Source: Eledone cirrhosa (taxonomy: Eukaryota). Taken from it: a DNA stretch of 64,000 bases. The position numbers were made by a program, and so were the translations under genes. This document shows positions 24,741 to 40,911 of the stretch, piece by piece. Under the pieces are notes generated by a model. It saw only the letters and a list, made by a program, of their open reading frames with translations, made no database searches and was not told the origin of the DNA. Position 1 is the first letter of the stretch; each line of letters begins with the position of its first letter. The DNA lies in assembly GCA_964016885.1 (NCBI GenBank), contig OZ024742.1, positions 303,614,001 to 303,678,000 on the forward strand, read 5' to 3'.

Positions 24741-25108
24741 ATGAATGTATGTATTGTATATTTGGCAATATACCGTATGTTTAATTAAAAACATTTAGAA
24801 GACGATACGCTATCGGTTTTAAAGTAGTGACTATGTCACTTTTGCTGGACCGGCAATCGCTCTGTATAATCAGCTACTGATTATTACTGGAATTCTATAA
24901 GAATCCAGCTTCTAGAATTTTCGGCGGAATGGGGGGGGGGGGGGCGTGGCTCTGATGATCGCCAAACAGACTGTTAGCTTCTCTCCCTTCTTTCGCCGAA
25001 AATAAGTAAGTGACATAGTCACTACTTTAAAACCGATAGCGTATTGTGTTCTAAATGTTTTTAATTAAACATACGGTACATTGCCAAATATACTATACAT
25101 ACATTCAT
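24741..25108. mobile_element. MITE-like element with about 100-bp terminal inverted repeats
   Basis: 24741-24841 is the near reverse complement of 25009-25108; non-coding spacer containing a poly-G run. Confidence 0.75.
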
Positions 25109-25841
25109 ATAATTTAGTGTACATGTGTTTTTATGTAAAACTAAATTTTCACCACTTAGATTTTTTGGGGGGTTCTTATGCTATTACATTACTTTTTCAT
25201 AGCTAATTTTTTACTCCCTCTGTCCTTCCATAATATATCTTTTCTACCTCTCTTCTTAGTTCAGTTGCCGTTTATTCAGAGTGGGTAGTTGTAGAAATAT
25301 CCTTACTGCAAGATGAAACAAACTTATCTCGTACTTTGAAATCTTTTAAAAATCTTTCTGAAGAGATGCAATATTTAATGTATTGCTAGTGAATGGGTAT
25401 AATAATAATATCAATATGGAACCAGCACTATGTCGACTTATACTGTATTGAAACATATGTTAAAGAATTAACTTTTGATAAAATTCTTCAATTTTTTCTA
25501 TACTTCATGCCTAGTGTTTGTTTTTCTTATACATTAAATATATATACTCAATCAACGGAGGAACGAGCACATGAAATTATTGTGTATACCACGTAATATA
25601 CAAGTGTATACTTAACGTAATTATCATATGGTGATTAAGCGATACATTTGTGAGAAGGGTGGTCATTTGAAATACTAATAGAATCCGTATGACGGGCTTA
25701 ATTATTAGCACGATCGTTTCAACGGGCTTTCTATCAGTTTTCGTCTTTTTAGTTTTACGCACATGGCATGAGGTGACTCCAAGCTATGCTAAATGACACT
25801 TGCCGAAAATGCTACGTAGTGGGAATGAACCAGAGACATAA

Positions 25842-27579
25842 CACTGGCCAACACCAAATTTATTGTTCATGTTATTTTAACTGATTTAGGACAATTCCGA
25901 TGTGCTGATCGTAAAATTTGAATCACATTGATTTTTCTCAATCAGGTCAACATTTTATGTATTACAACACGATGTTTTTTTATGTGTTTGTTTACATGTA
26001 CGGGTATTTTCTATTTATATGATGCAAAATTCTTTCTTATGTCTTTAAATAGACAAATTCTGAAGAGTTTACATTCACCAATTTTTGACTAACTGGTATT
26101 TTTCTTTTGCAGGTGAGTGAAATGGATTTGGCCAGAAAATCTTGTGAATATCAGCTCGATCTAGTCTGCTACATCTGCGGCGAATACACCTTTGTTCCTA
26201 ATAGGAATCTAGTCACAAGTTTCATAAAGCGTGTTTACCATGCTTATTTTGGTATGAAACTTGTCGACCAGGATAAAGCTTGGGCGCCACACACGGTATG
26301 CAACACATGCACCGATATCTGAGTCGTTGGACCAAGGACAAGAAGAGTTGCTGAAGTTTGGAATTCCCATGGTTTGGAGGGAGCCGACAAACCATAGTAC
26401 TGACTGCTACTTTTGCACTATTGATTTGACTGGGGTCAACAGAAAGAACCGGAACAGCCAAAAGTACTCTGATCTTGAATAAGCACGTCGTCCTGTAGCT
26501 CATTGGGATGAAATTTCAGTACCTCCTGACATTGGTGACGAAGATTCCTCTAGTGTTGAAGAAAATGAAGAAAAAGAAGTGGTTTTTTGACATTCTTTTT
26601 CACAAAAGGAGCTAAATGATATAGTTCGGGATCTCAGTTTGTCAAAGTCCTCTGCCGAACTGTTGGTATCCAGATTGAAAGAAAAACATCCACTCTGACA
26701 GTGTTCGCATCACCTGCTACCGCAATAGACATCAAGAGTACCTCAATCTTTTCTCTGAAGAGAAGGACTTGGTGTATTGTACAGATATTGCGCAGCTTCT
26801 GCACAAGCCTGGAGTGCTACAGTACCAACCCGAAGATTGGAGACTTCCTTGACAGCAGCAAACGATCACTGAAATGTGTTCTGCAGCACAACGGCAACCA
26901 GTTTGCCTCTGTAGCTCGTGCTTACTCAACTACATTGAAGTAGACGCATAAAGCGGTGAAGTACGTGCTGGAGAAAATTTGTTATGATCAGCATGAGTGG
27001 TGAATTTGTGTCGAGGTGAAGATGGTGAACTTTTTGTTGGGACAACAGTCCGGGTTCATCAAGTACCCATGCTTTCTGTGCATGTGAGATAGTAGGGACC
27101 AAGCTCAGCATTACACGAAGAAGGACTGACCTGTACGGAAGGAATTGGTGCCTTGTAGAGCAAGTAATGTCATAAACAACCCCCTGGTAGACGGAGACAG
27201 TATACTCCGCTGCACATCAAGCTCGGCTTTATCAAACAGTTCACCAAAGCTCTGGACAAAGATGGTGGCTGCTTCACCTACTTACTTGTTCTACGCTTTT
27301 CCAGGAATGACCTGGGAGAAGTTGAAAGCTGGCATCTTTGACTGTCCTCAACTCCGTCAGCTCATCTGAGATCAAGAGTTTGAAAAGTCAATAAATGAAG
27401 TGGAACTGGAAGCGCGGAAGGATTTAGTCTGAAGATTGGATTTTTAAAATCGACTTAGCACAAAAATCTGACCTGATCAAGAGAAACGGATGTCATTTCG
27501 GATTCAGCTGTGCAAAATTGAAAAAACAGTTGAAAAAACTTAAAATATAAAAAAAAAAAAACATTTTTGTAACCCAATG
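25842..27579 (+). mobile_element. Chapaev3-like (CMC superfamily) DNA transposon, degraded, C-terminal part deleted
   Basis: CYICGEY..YHAYFGMKLVDQDKAWAPHTVC, FGIPMVWREPTNHSTDCYFC, DSSKRSLKCVL, LKAGIFD; termini CACTGGCCAACA and TGTAACCCAATG; splice-acceptor-like TTTTGCAG shortly before the ATG at 26122. Confidence 0.8.
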
Positions 27580-29454
27580 ATTATAATCATTGAGAGGCGA
27601 ACTTCTTAAAATGTTGGCCATGTTGTGTCCACATCAAACCTACAACGTTCTGCAAAGTAGTAACTAAGTATGTTTCGGTGTTGTACTTGTTTTGCAAATG
27701 ACATTATTTAAGACGTCTGACGAAACTGAAACCATTATATCGGAGATATTTATCCATTTAAAACATGCAAAAACAGTTAAAATCCCTTTTCATTATCATA
27801 TATTTCTTCTTAATATTTCCTTTAAGAAAATATCATTGAAATAACCTTACTGCTCTGTTCGAATTGTGTCAGTGACCAGACTGCAAAGAGTGAGACGAGG
27901 GTTTTGACACCATGAAATGAATGCTACATATTAAATGCAATTAATGTAATTTCTTCTGTTTCTGAATGGCTAAAATATCAGTTCCACCCACCACATAATT
28001 GTTTGAGTAAAAATAAACTATTTTGGATAAAAATATTATTCGAACTTTGTCATAGACGAAAGTGCTGTGGCCATGATTCTTTCAGAGTTTCCGAGACATG
28101 AAGGATGTAAATAAATAAACTTCAACCTGGAGAAAGATCTAAACCCACATAAGACCTATGGAGTGGATGCTTGAACTATATTGTAGGTATAATGATTTAT
28201 TTCATTATTAATATTAATTATTGATAGAATCGGTTGATAGATAAAATAAAGTATATGATTAGCGCCATCCCTTTCTGATTTCTTATATTAACATTTTCGA
28301 CATTAAATGTGATATTTACGGTTTCAATAAAATAATGATTCTTCCCTTGTATACTTTGCCTATTTCCTCATATGTTAGAAATAGTTATTGGCAGTCTGAA
28401 TAGACCCTCACATAGACTGCATTATGTATTTAATGTGTTACTCTGTGCTCTTTCTTCAAATCACAACCATTTCGACAAAATATTTTCGTCTACCAAGGGA
28501 CGATAAAATAAAGTACCAGTCAAATATCGGTGTCGATATAATAACGGTGTTCTCCTACAAAATTTCTGGCTTTGTGACTACTTATGAAATCAATATTGAT
28601 ATTATTATGCTGTGCTAGTGATCCAAGATTTAAGCAGTACATTTATATGGCTACTTTAAGACGATATTTGGCATTCTGGTATATAATGTTAAATGGTTGG
28701 AAGAGATAATTGAAACGAGAATAAAAATATAAAATTTACAACGATAACAAACTAGTTTTAAAAACTATATACCCAATTTAAACAATCATAGAAGCTATAT
28801 TTCCATTACCTAATCGTTGTTATTAAACGGTAATTTTGCTTTAGAATGAAAATAAGTAAATAAATCATTAGAACATTTATTTCACAAAGTGTGAAGTGAA
28901 AAAGAAAATACAACTAGATATACATAACAGATACACCACAATATAATTGATACTTCGGAAAAAATAATTCGATAAAATTATCTAAATTAAAATGAGATAA
29001 ACTTAAGAATGTCTATTGAAAAACATTTTCCGTGAGTATATATATTCGAGTTCCATCTAAGGGGTTTTAGTTTTGGAATAAGAAAAGTAAAATTACTGGG
29101 GAAAATAGTATTGTTGAGACTTTCGGGCTGCAAATGAAATTCTGTATAAAATTACTTATTTAGAAACGATAAATCTTACAACATATGGAGTTAATTGGAA
29201 TTTGGGACAATTTAACCAAGGAAAATGTGAAGGATACACACCCACGCATATGTGTGTGTGTACATATATAATGATTGTGATTATGGTTAGGTGGCTGGAA
29301 GATGTATATATATATATATTCTGGACTACATGCATTTATGTATATGTATATATATATATATATACATATACATAAATGCATGTATACATACATATATATA
29401 TGTGCGCAGATACAGATAGATATATACGTAGATACGACACACATATGTATATAG

Positions 29455-29662
29455 AGGTAGAACACTGGAAGGTAATATGGGTAGTGGTAGACCACCCAGT
29501 CCATGGGACGTGTTTGGTAGAAGTAGTAACACAACAATTAGTTCACCATACCGAGGAAAATTGTTTCACCTTATGCGGATCTTCAGCTCGGATGCCGAGC
29601 TGAAGATCCGCATAAGGTGAAACAATTGTTCTCGGTTTGGTGAACTAACTCTTGTGTTGCAA

Positions 29663-29665
<3 letters not shown>
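29455..29665. mobile_element. Palindromic mini-PLE (family A) with hammerheads
   Basis: Inverted about 29593; + arm HHR CCGAG-CTGAAGA-TCCGCATAAGGT-GAAA-CAATTG-TT-CTCGG at 29595-29635; ends in (TA)n. Confidence 0.85.
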
Positions 29666-29725
<60 letters not shown>

Positions 29726-29948
29726 AATCGGAGGCTATACTTAGTTAATTCGGGTTTATTTAAAACATAGTTATAAATATTTCACTGAAGAATATCGGTT
29801 ACGAAAGCCTGACCTCTTCAGACGGTAAAAACATATAAAAACATTGATAGTTCCCAAAAGAACATATAAATTTGGAAGAATCCAATAATTACTCCGAAAA
29901 AGATTTTCTCATCTTGATACAGAGGGTCGAATATGTGTTGTTTCTTCG

Positions 29949-29996
<48 letters not shown>

Positions 29997-30077
29997 AACG
30001 ATCGACTTTCGTCAAATCGAACCGAGGATACAATGTTTCCATTGGTCTTTCCAATTGGTAATACTATCTATTACTAA

Positions 30078-30122
<45 letters not shown>

Positions 30123-30274
30123 CATATATATATACATTAGAATATTTTTCATTTATTAACATTTTGAATGAAATTAAATACTCCAGGAAAATCTTGTGTC
30201 GAGTGCTTCTAATCTATTGTAAAATTGTATTCGTTGATATATATAAGTAAGTATATATAAGTATGTATATATAA

Positions 30275-30347
<73 letters not shown>

Positions 30348-30352
<5 letters not shown>

Positions 30353-31052
30353 GAAAATAGAGAAATTAATGTAAGCAAAAAGCCGACATTAATTCAGACA
30401 TATAAGTGACTATTACATCAAGATGAAAAGTTGTTAACGTAAGATATGGGATAAATAATTCAATCTTAATTCAAAACAAGTCAAGAAGAAAAATTTTATC
30501 CTCAGACTTTGTGTAAGCTGGGGGAAAAACCCAATACAATCTTAACTCAAAATAAAATCAAGAAGAAATACTTAACCGTCAATTTGGGGAAATCTGCAAA
30601 TGCACTATATAGTTTTAAAAAAACTATTTCACGAAACTTTTCAGTGGGACCGAAAGTGGGACCGAAAGTGGGACTTGTCGGTTGGAACGTTCATCAGTAG
30701 TGCTCAACACGTTAACTAAATATCTCTGCTAAGATGCCAGAGGGGAATTTAAAAGCAGGCAATTGAACAGCGTGTTGAATTGAAATAACGAAACACACGT
30801 GGACCCAGGCTAGTGATGCCGGGATGAAACAAAAATCTGCTTACAAGAAACAGCTGTCAAAACATTCCGAAAAAACTCAACAAAAAATATGGAGTTCAGC
30901 TTAAAGCAATATTATCGCAGTTTTTTAAAAAAGAACTGGGATTAGTCACAAATATTAGTAAGCACTCAAGGAAAGCTCCGAGTTTAAATATATAAATGAA
31001 AATAGAGAAATTAATGTAAGCAAAAAACCGACAATAATTCAGACACATAAGT
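30348..31052. repeat. Segment bounded by about 60-bp direct repeats (30348-30407 and 30993-31052)
   Basis: AAATGAAAATAGAGAAATTAATGTAAGCAAAAA.CCGACA.TAATTCAGACA.ATAAGT occurs twice; the first copy follows (TA)n. Confidence 0.7.
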
Positions 31053-33195
31053 TGCCAACACTTTGAGGGCGGCTGGCTGCGAAGCTAGTTGGTCAGCCGT
31101 CCTCTCTGTTTCTGGTTTCTCGGATCCATGGTTTTTCGGACTCATGGCTTTTTACATATTCCTTTGTTATATTCCAATACCTGATGATATCACCGGATTC
31201 ATATGGAACCCGGTCATTGAAATGATCATAGTATAATAAACCTTTCATGGTTTTACACCAGTCCAGCTTCCTGTTATTTCATTTATAATTAACTCCGTAT
31301 TCGCACAACCAACTACACAAATGAAGACGGGTGAACTGCACTGCGTTGAGTACTCTTCACAATATTACACCAGGATTGACCATACGGAATGACCAGTTCT
31401 ATCCAGTGGTGAACCAACAAACCTAAAGAAATAATGCTCCTATAATGTTGAGCACTTCAAAATGTAATATTGAACAGCGGCACTGACTTCAGTGTACAGC
31501 TATTGCCAGCATGGGATTAACTGATCTACTTACCATTCGGATTTTGGCTGCTCTGCGCTAACTCTACCGCCACATGATACTACTTCCTTGTCGGGATGAT
31601 TCTGATTCCGACAAAACTCTACGTATTATACTAAAACTTATATTGACTGAATTCTCTACTCTATACCTCAGGACTTTTTGTGACCCGCACTGAATTCGGA
31701 ACCCGAACTTTACACTAGGTACAACTTGTTACCATTCCATCTCCTCCATCCTCTATATCTATATCTATATGTACAACTTGTATTATCTTACTACAACTTG
31801 ATCTATATTGATTCTCATTTAACTTTATTAATTTTTTTACTATCTCATTAATGTATATTTTATTATTATTTTTTTATTATTTTATTAATGTATTTTTATC
31901 AATGTATTCTATCTTTATATTGGTATTTTATCTTTGTATGCTGCTTTTATTATTTTTTCGTATTTTTTTGTAACTTTTCCTTACTCAGGTCATTATGCAC
32001 CTTCATAGCCCCCTACCCCCTAAGAACCACACTACCTATAACCCGGACTAACTGGGACTTTAAAATAATTTTGGTCTATTTGCACTTTTCATTGGGTTGT
32101 TACCTTCGACTTGTGTGGTGGCTTTTTCCCGGCGGCGCGCTGGGCACTCGGAAAGTTCAGCCTTCCTTGAGTGCTCGGAAAAATAAATTTCTCCTCTTTC
32201 GGTAAATGAAATTACTCGGAGCGGGTTGCTTTGCCCCGGTCCCACAGCGCCGCCTGTTTTGGCCGCCACATTATACCTGTACCTACAAACTCCAGGTTTG
32301 GGCATAACTATTAGCTGTATCATGCCTCTACTGACACGTAAATAAACCCCTAATGTGTGATTTAATAGTATTCGTGGTATAGACGACGGCCTGTCGAAAT
32401 TGTGGAGTTCCCGCTAGCGCTCCCGGGGCCAAAGTTAGCTACGTTCCTAGAGTACTCGGAAAAATTAATTTCCATTTCTTTCGCTGGACGATACCACTCG
32501 AGACTGGCTGACTCATGGTGGTGGGTGTGCTGGCTGTAACTCACAATCGAAATCTTTACTCTGTATCCCATCCTAATATCTTATCGAGTTAAACATTTTT
32601 TTCATATAAGACTCTCTCCGTAAGTTCATTAAATAAATATATCTCGCTACCTCTATTTTTCAATTTACCATTTTGCAATTTAATATTTTTAATTTAATTT
32701 ATTTCATCCTATAACTCGCATAAGTTTAGCGTTCCAATCTTCGGTTCACACATTAGACCATACAGACACCCATTATAGATTCTTTGGGTAGCTTTTTTAG
32801 CGGCATTTTTTTCACGGCATTTTCTAACATGAATGTAGTTTGACCCTTACACTACACTTCTTTCTCCCTTTCTTTCTTTCTTCCCCTTCTTCTTTGACGG
32901 AGTGGTGGTAGTACATTATAAGCCTTCGCCCCCTCACCAGATATTCACTGGTAATTTTCAGTTGCCAACATTTTGAGGGCGGCTGGCTGCGTAGCTAGTT
33001 GGTCAGCCGTCCTCTCTGTCTCTGGTTTCTCGGACCCATGGTTTTTCGGACAAATGGCTTTTTACATATTCCTTTGTTATATTCCAATACCTGATGATAT
33101 CATCGGATTCATATGGAACCCGGTCATTGAAATGAACATAGTATAATAAACCTTTCAAGGATTTACACCAGTCCAGCCTCCTGTTATTTTATTTA
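31050..33195 (+). mobile_element. Non-coding PLE/retrozyme-like element with about 235-bp direct terminal repeats, each containing a hammerhead
   Basis: 31050-31285 matches 32960-33195; HHR ATAC-CTGATGA-helix II-GAAA-TGATCA-TA-GTAT-AATAAA at 31177-31234 and 33087-33144 (helix III TGAACA in the second); ends in (TA)n. Confidence 0.82.
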
Positions 33196-33413
33196 TATAT
33201 ATATATATAGTATTAGTTATACTATTTATGGTTATGTAAATACAAAATCTTATGCAGTTATAAGTATTTTACACACACCCTAAATAGTGGTAGGCAGTAA
33301 TGTATTACTACCTTATTACCAGTAAGTTAAGTAGCTCAATGTAAAAACATCAGATGATTTACAGAGCAGTTATATGAAATATAAGAATCAAAGAACTGTT
33401 CAAAACATTATTG

Positions 33414-33460
33414 TGCTTACAGCTGTTTCCTCCAAACCGAGGTTTGGATTCTTCGGAGCA
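33414..33460 (-). ncRNA. Minimal hammerhead of the Naiad 3' end (U4C core)
   Basis: TGCT-CCGAAGA-ATCCAAACCTCGGTTTGGAG-GAAA-CAGCTG-TA-AGCA. Confidence 0.75.
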
Positions 33461-34904
33461 ATTTATTAATGCATGGACAGTTATATGACCTCCTTTTCAG
33501 CCGAGAGACATACCGATACATATTCAAACATTGATACATATTCAAACATTGTGGGTTAACATTCATTACAGAATTTAGAGTGGCAGTACACACTTCGAGA
33601 TTACATTTATATTAAGAGGTACAATCAAAAATCAAAAATACAGGTTAAAATACAACATGAAGATAAGCGATTATATAGTGGAAATGTTATATGTGTGGCA
33701 CGCATGTGCGTCTTGTTTATATAGTGTGGCAGAGAGATATGTGTGGTAGAGGCACTTAGGTAGGTAAACAAGAGTGTTAGGTTGGTAGATCTGGTGGCAA
33801 ATTCTTTATATGATTGATATAGTCTGTGTGTGGAGAAATATTATAAGCATTAAAAATAGTGTAAGCATTAAAAGTGTTAAAAGTATTGGAGATGCACAGC
33901 GCAGGGAAGTCAAGTATTTCATGTACTTCGGCATTTTCATGGTCCGGGGAGTGTATTTTTCGATTATATGCCCTTCACATAATCCACGACAATCCAGTTA
34001 GAGATCGTAGTCTGGTGTTCTTTAGTTCAATACAGGAGGCTGTTACGTTTCGAAAAACGTCATTGAATACCGCCCGGAAGTGTGTGTGTGGCTAAGGGGA
34101 GTTAATGCATGCGGGTAGGTAACTCTGGGGTTTCTATACCTAGCTATTAAAATGTGTCCCAATATAGACCCTCATTTCTATGGTGATGCGCATCCTCCAA
34201 GAGAAATTTTTAAAGCACAAAGTGTATTAACTATAGAGTAGTTTAATTAAGTTATGCTGAAGGTGATCATATTATTATGGTGGATTAACCCATCGTAAGG
34301 TGCCACAAATGGAAATTATAGATGATGAGCGAGGATTCTAAATTAATGATCTCTGTGGTCGTAGTCTACTCATAGGACCAGGCGCGGTGATTGCAGGATT
34401 GCTTCAGGACCCAATGATCTCTGGTAAGATCTGGGTCATCGTTTGCTACATTGGATGTCGAGAGATAATCATCCCCAGGCCGGCCAGAGGTCAATCCGCA
34501 GTCCTCGCGACCCCTCTCTGACCGTCAGATCATCCATATATGTACAACCCGCACGGCTGTTGCAATGCATTCACTCACTGCGCTCAGCAGCCCGGTCCTA
34601 CTGGTCAACAGCGTTACTAGATTAAAGCATTTTTCATCTGTCTAAGGAAGGTGTTTCCTCTGCACAACACTATCCAACCGATCAATTCATGCTCAAATTA
34701 CCCTTAGAGCGGTGTAGTGCCGTTCAAGTGGGTGGATGTTGTCACACCTGACGTAGAGGTATAAATGGGTATTCTCCCTGCGAAGGGTTCCAGAGGGATG
34801 TCGTTGTTTGTGTTATAATAGATCAGTTAGTGTTGGGTATGTAGTATAAGGTGTGTCTCTGGTGTTTGATGCTAGATGTGGTGTTAGGTTCCAGTCCGAC
34901 ATTG

Positions 34905-36371
34905 CTATATATTGGGCTTAAAGTTTTGGAAGGAATGTCTGAAGCGGTGCTGGCAAGTTGCAAACACCTCAGATTTTTTGTTAAGTAGGTTACGGTTGGA
35001 GAAGATAATATTGTGTGTCTCTAGTATACAGAGGTTACAAAATGTATTAGGTGGTTTGTACGAGGTCGCGCTGCCTATCACTTCCCATTTGAGTGTGTAT
35101 GGTTTATTTTTAGATTTTAGATAGTGTATGTAGCTAGAAAGTGAGGTGGAGTTTGCTAGGCTGTGCTTTTTGAACGAGTGGATGTGCGAATTATATCTGA
35201 TTTTGAAGCAGTTAGAAGTGGAGCCTACATAGGTTTCTGAAGAGTTGTTAGTCGTGACGGTGCATGATTATATGATATCCTTGGTTAGGCATTTTTTATC
35301 TAAAGGGCAGGTTCTATTAGCTCTACAGTTACAATTATCCTGTGCGTTAGTCCGCTGGTTATAATGCAGTGCGGAAGTCTGTGTGGTAGCTATAGGATTT
35401 TGGGCGTTCGGGTTGACAACCCTGGTGTTATTACTTATACTAGTGTTATTTCTATTGTTACTGCCGTTGCTATGGTTGCTTGCTACAGTGGTATTTAGAG
35501 GGTTTGCATCCCGTTGTGATTTTGTTTGTTGGAAGTAAGAACTAATTTTACTATTATTGCTGCTAGCTATATGGTATGCTAAGTTAGGTGTCGTAGAGTA
35601 TGAGATTTTAATGGTGTTTTTGTTTAAGAGGTTGTGGTACTTGTGTCCTAGAGGGAAGTTTTTATCTAGTAGTGAGAAGAAAGCCCTAGGTATGTTGGGG
35701 GAGACATTTAGGTTGAAAGGAGGGTTGAAAAATGTATTATTTCTTCTTCTATTTTTGCTTTTAGTGTTTGGTGTGTTGCTTCCTTCTAAGGCCCCACAGT
35801 AGTTTCCATGGTAATGGTTACTTCCGGTGGCACCCTCCGCTTTGGTGCACTTGTGGTTGCTATTCCTATTATTAGGTTTCCTCATGGACATGTTGTGCGA
35901 GATGATGTTGTAGCTATGTGTTTTCTTAGGTAGGAACTCAATTTCTATATTATGGCCGGAGCTAGCTAATGCTTGATTGTAATATTGTGAGTTTTTGCTA
36001 AATATGTTTGCGTCATAGGACAGACTAGAGATTCTATTGGACACCCTCTTAGAGATAGAGTTTAATATTGATCTAGGGTGATTAGACTTGGTATCTACGT
36101 AAATAAGTTTCTCGTTAGGCTTATGGAAAGGTGTATATATTTTTGAGTCTAGGTATAGTGTGGCGTCTAGGAAGTTAACATTTTTAGTGTTTTTGTCCAT
36201 GGTGATACTAAGGTTAAAGTTTTTGAATGTCTTATGCAATTGTTTTCTAGTTCTTTCTATATTAAATTTTTTGTATTCTATAAGTAGAAGTGCATCATCG
36301 CGGTACAAACCACCGTTGAGGTAAGGGAGGTCCTTATGGATTTCATTGAGGAGGTATAGGCCGACCAAATA
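34905..36371 (-). pseudogene. Naiad RT plus GIY-YIG endonuclease ORF (5' truncated, one internal TAA)
   Basis: ORF 35268-36374 continues in frame after TAA (DII*SCTV..TYVGST..RYNSHIHSF..CNLCILE..LLNKKSE..CQHR) to TAG at 34905. Confidence 0.88.
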
Positions 36372-36377
36372 CATATA

Positions 36378-36511
<134 letters not shown>

Positions 36512-36532
36512 TATATGTATTTATATGTATAT

Positions 36533-36576
<44 letters not shown>

Positions 36577-36590
36577 TATATATATGTATA

Positions 36591-36709
<119 letters not shown>

Positions 36710-36900
36710 ATATATATATTCAGTTATTAGGAGTATTCCGAAGCTTGGTAGAACAAGTTGTGAGGAAAGTTTCTCAACATACGTTAAGGTGACTCGACAG
36801 GTTGGTAGGGATTCTGTAGTGGAAACACGAACAAACGAGGAGTGTAATCAAAGAAGAGAAATAGGACGAAGGTAAACAATTACAAAAGAATTTAATCCAC

Positions 36901-37001
36901 GTATTAACAATTGTTTCATCAGAATTTCAGTCCATTATTGCTACACTGTGTTATAATACGCAATCAAGAAAGATACTGTGGCATCCGAATTTTCAAAATA
37001 C
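36901..37001 (-). ncRNA. Hammerhead, U3-A8 variant with long helix II insert, in a PLE-like 3' fragment (about 36721-37050)
   Basis: GTATT-TTGAAAA-TTCGGA...TCTGAT-GAAA-CAATTG-TT-AATAC; the tail runs into (TA)n at 36720. Confidence 0.7.
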
Positions 37002-37055
37002 AAAGTTGGAATGACCTTAGGAAATGAAATAAGGGGTAGTAGTGTAAGATAGAGG

Positions 37056-37115
<60 letters not shown>

Positions 37116-37346
37116 CACACGCTTACACCTCCAATTATTCTCTCTCACACACACACATACACACACAAAGACCAGTTCTAACACGAGAGAACATCTATCC
37201 CCCACATTTACGTATAGACATATCTTCTCACACACACACACACATACTTACACATTCACGCATTCTCGGCACTCTTAAACAGGCATGTACAAAAAGAAAA
37301 CCCTTTTAAAGGGAGACTATTCTTTATCCACCTAACCTTAACTCTT

Positions 37347-37630
37347 TGACATTAGAGATAGAACAGATACTCTATACAATTTCCTGTCAGCATAACTTGG
37401 CAAGCTATTTAGAACACTGGGTTAACCGCTTTACTTCCCTCCGAAGATGAGATATTATCTCGAAAATTAAGGACATTTAAATAATTCTAAGGTAAAAGAC
37501 TAATTGTCAACAATATCTTTTGCATTTGCATTCTTTATTCTATGTCCATACCTGCATTGTTTTGGCTTTATTATACATATACAAACGTTTATACCTCTTA
37601 CACAATGCTTCAAGTGAACTATAACTTCCT

Positions 37631-37633
<3 letters not shown>
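37347..37633 (+). mobile_element. About 287-bp hammerhead-bearing mini-element (family B), copy 1
   Basis: Near-identical to 59667-59953; HHR CCT-CCGAAGA-TGAGATATTATCTC-GAAA-AT-TA-AGG at 37438-37472; (TA)n tail. Confidence 0.85.
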
Positions 37634-40717
<3,084 letters not shown>

Positions 40718-40794
40718 TATATATATATACATATATATATATATATGTATATAATATAAATATATGTATATATATATGTATATCTATATATATA

Positions 40795-40893
<99 letters not shown>

Positions 40894-40911
40894 CATAACT
40901 ATTAAGCTCTG

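Larger units (their letters stand above)
33210..36371 (-). mobile_element. 5'-truncated Naiad-type Penelope-like element
   Basis: RT (LVGLYLL, GLYRDD, VNFLD, SNHP), linker CNCRANRTCPLDKKC, GIY-YIG domain, long 3'UTR with HHR at 33414-33460; (TA)n at both ends. Confidence 0.88.

Noticed and set aside
29775-29830. CTGAAGA..GAAA motifs on both strands (similar weak cases near 18550, 27715 and 60860)
   Set aside because: Helices I and III could not be closed convincingly.
34905-36371. Selenocysteine-encoding Naiad
   Set aside because: The zinc-ligand cysteines are ordinary Cys codons and the only internal stop is TAA at a Tyr position; there is no in-frame TGA in the part present.
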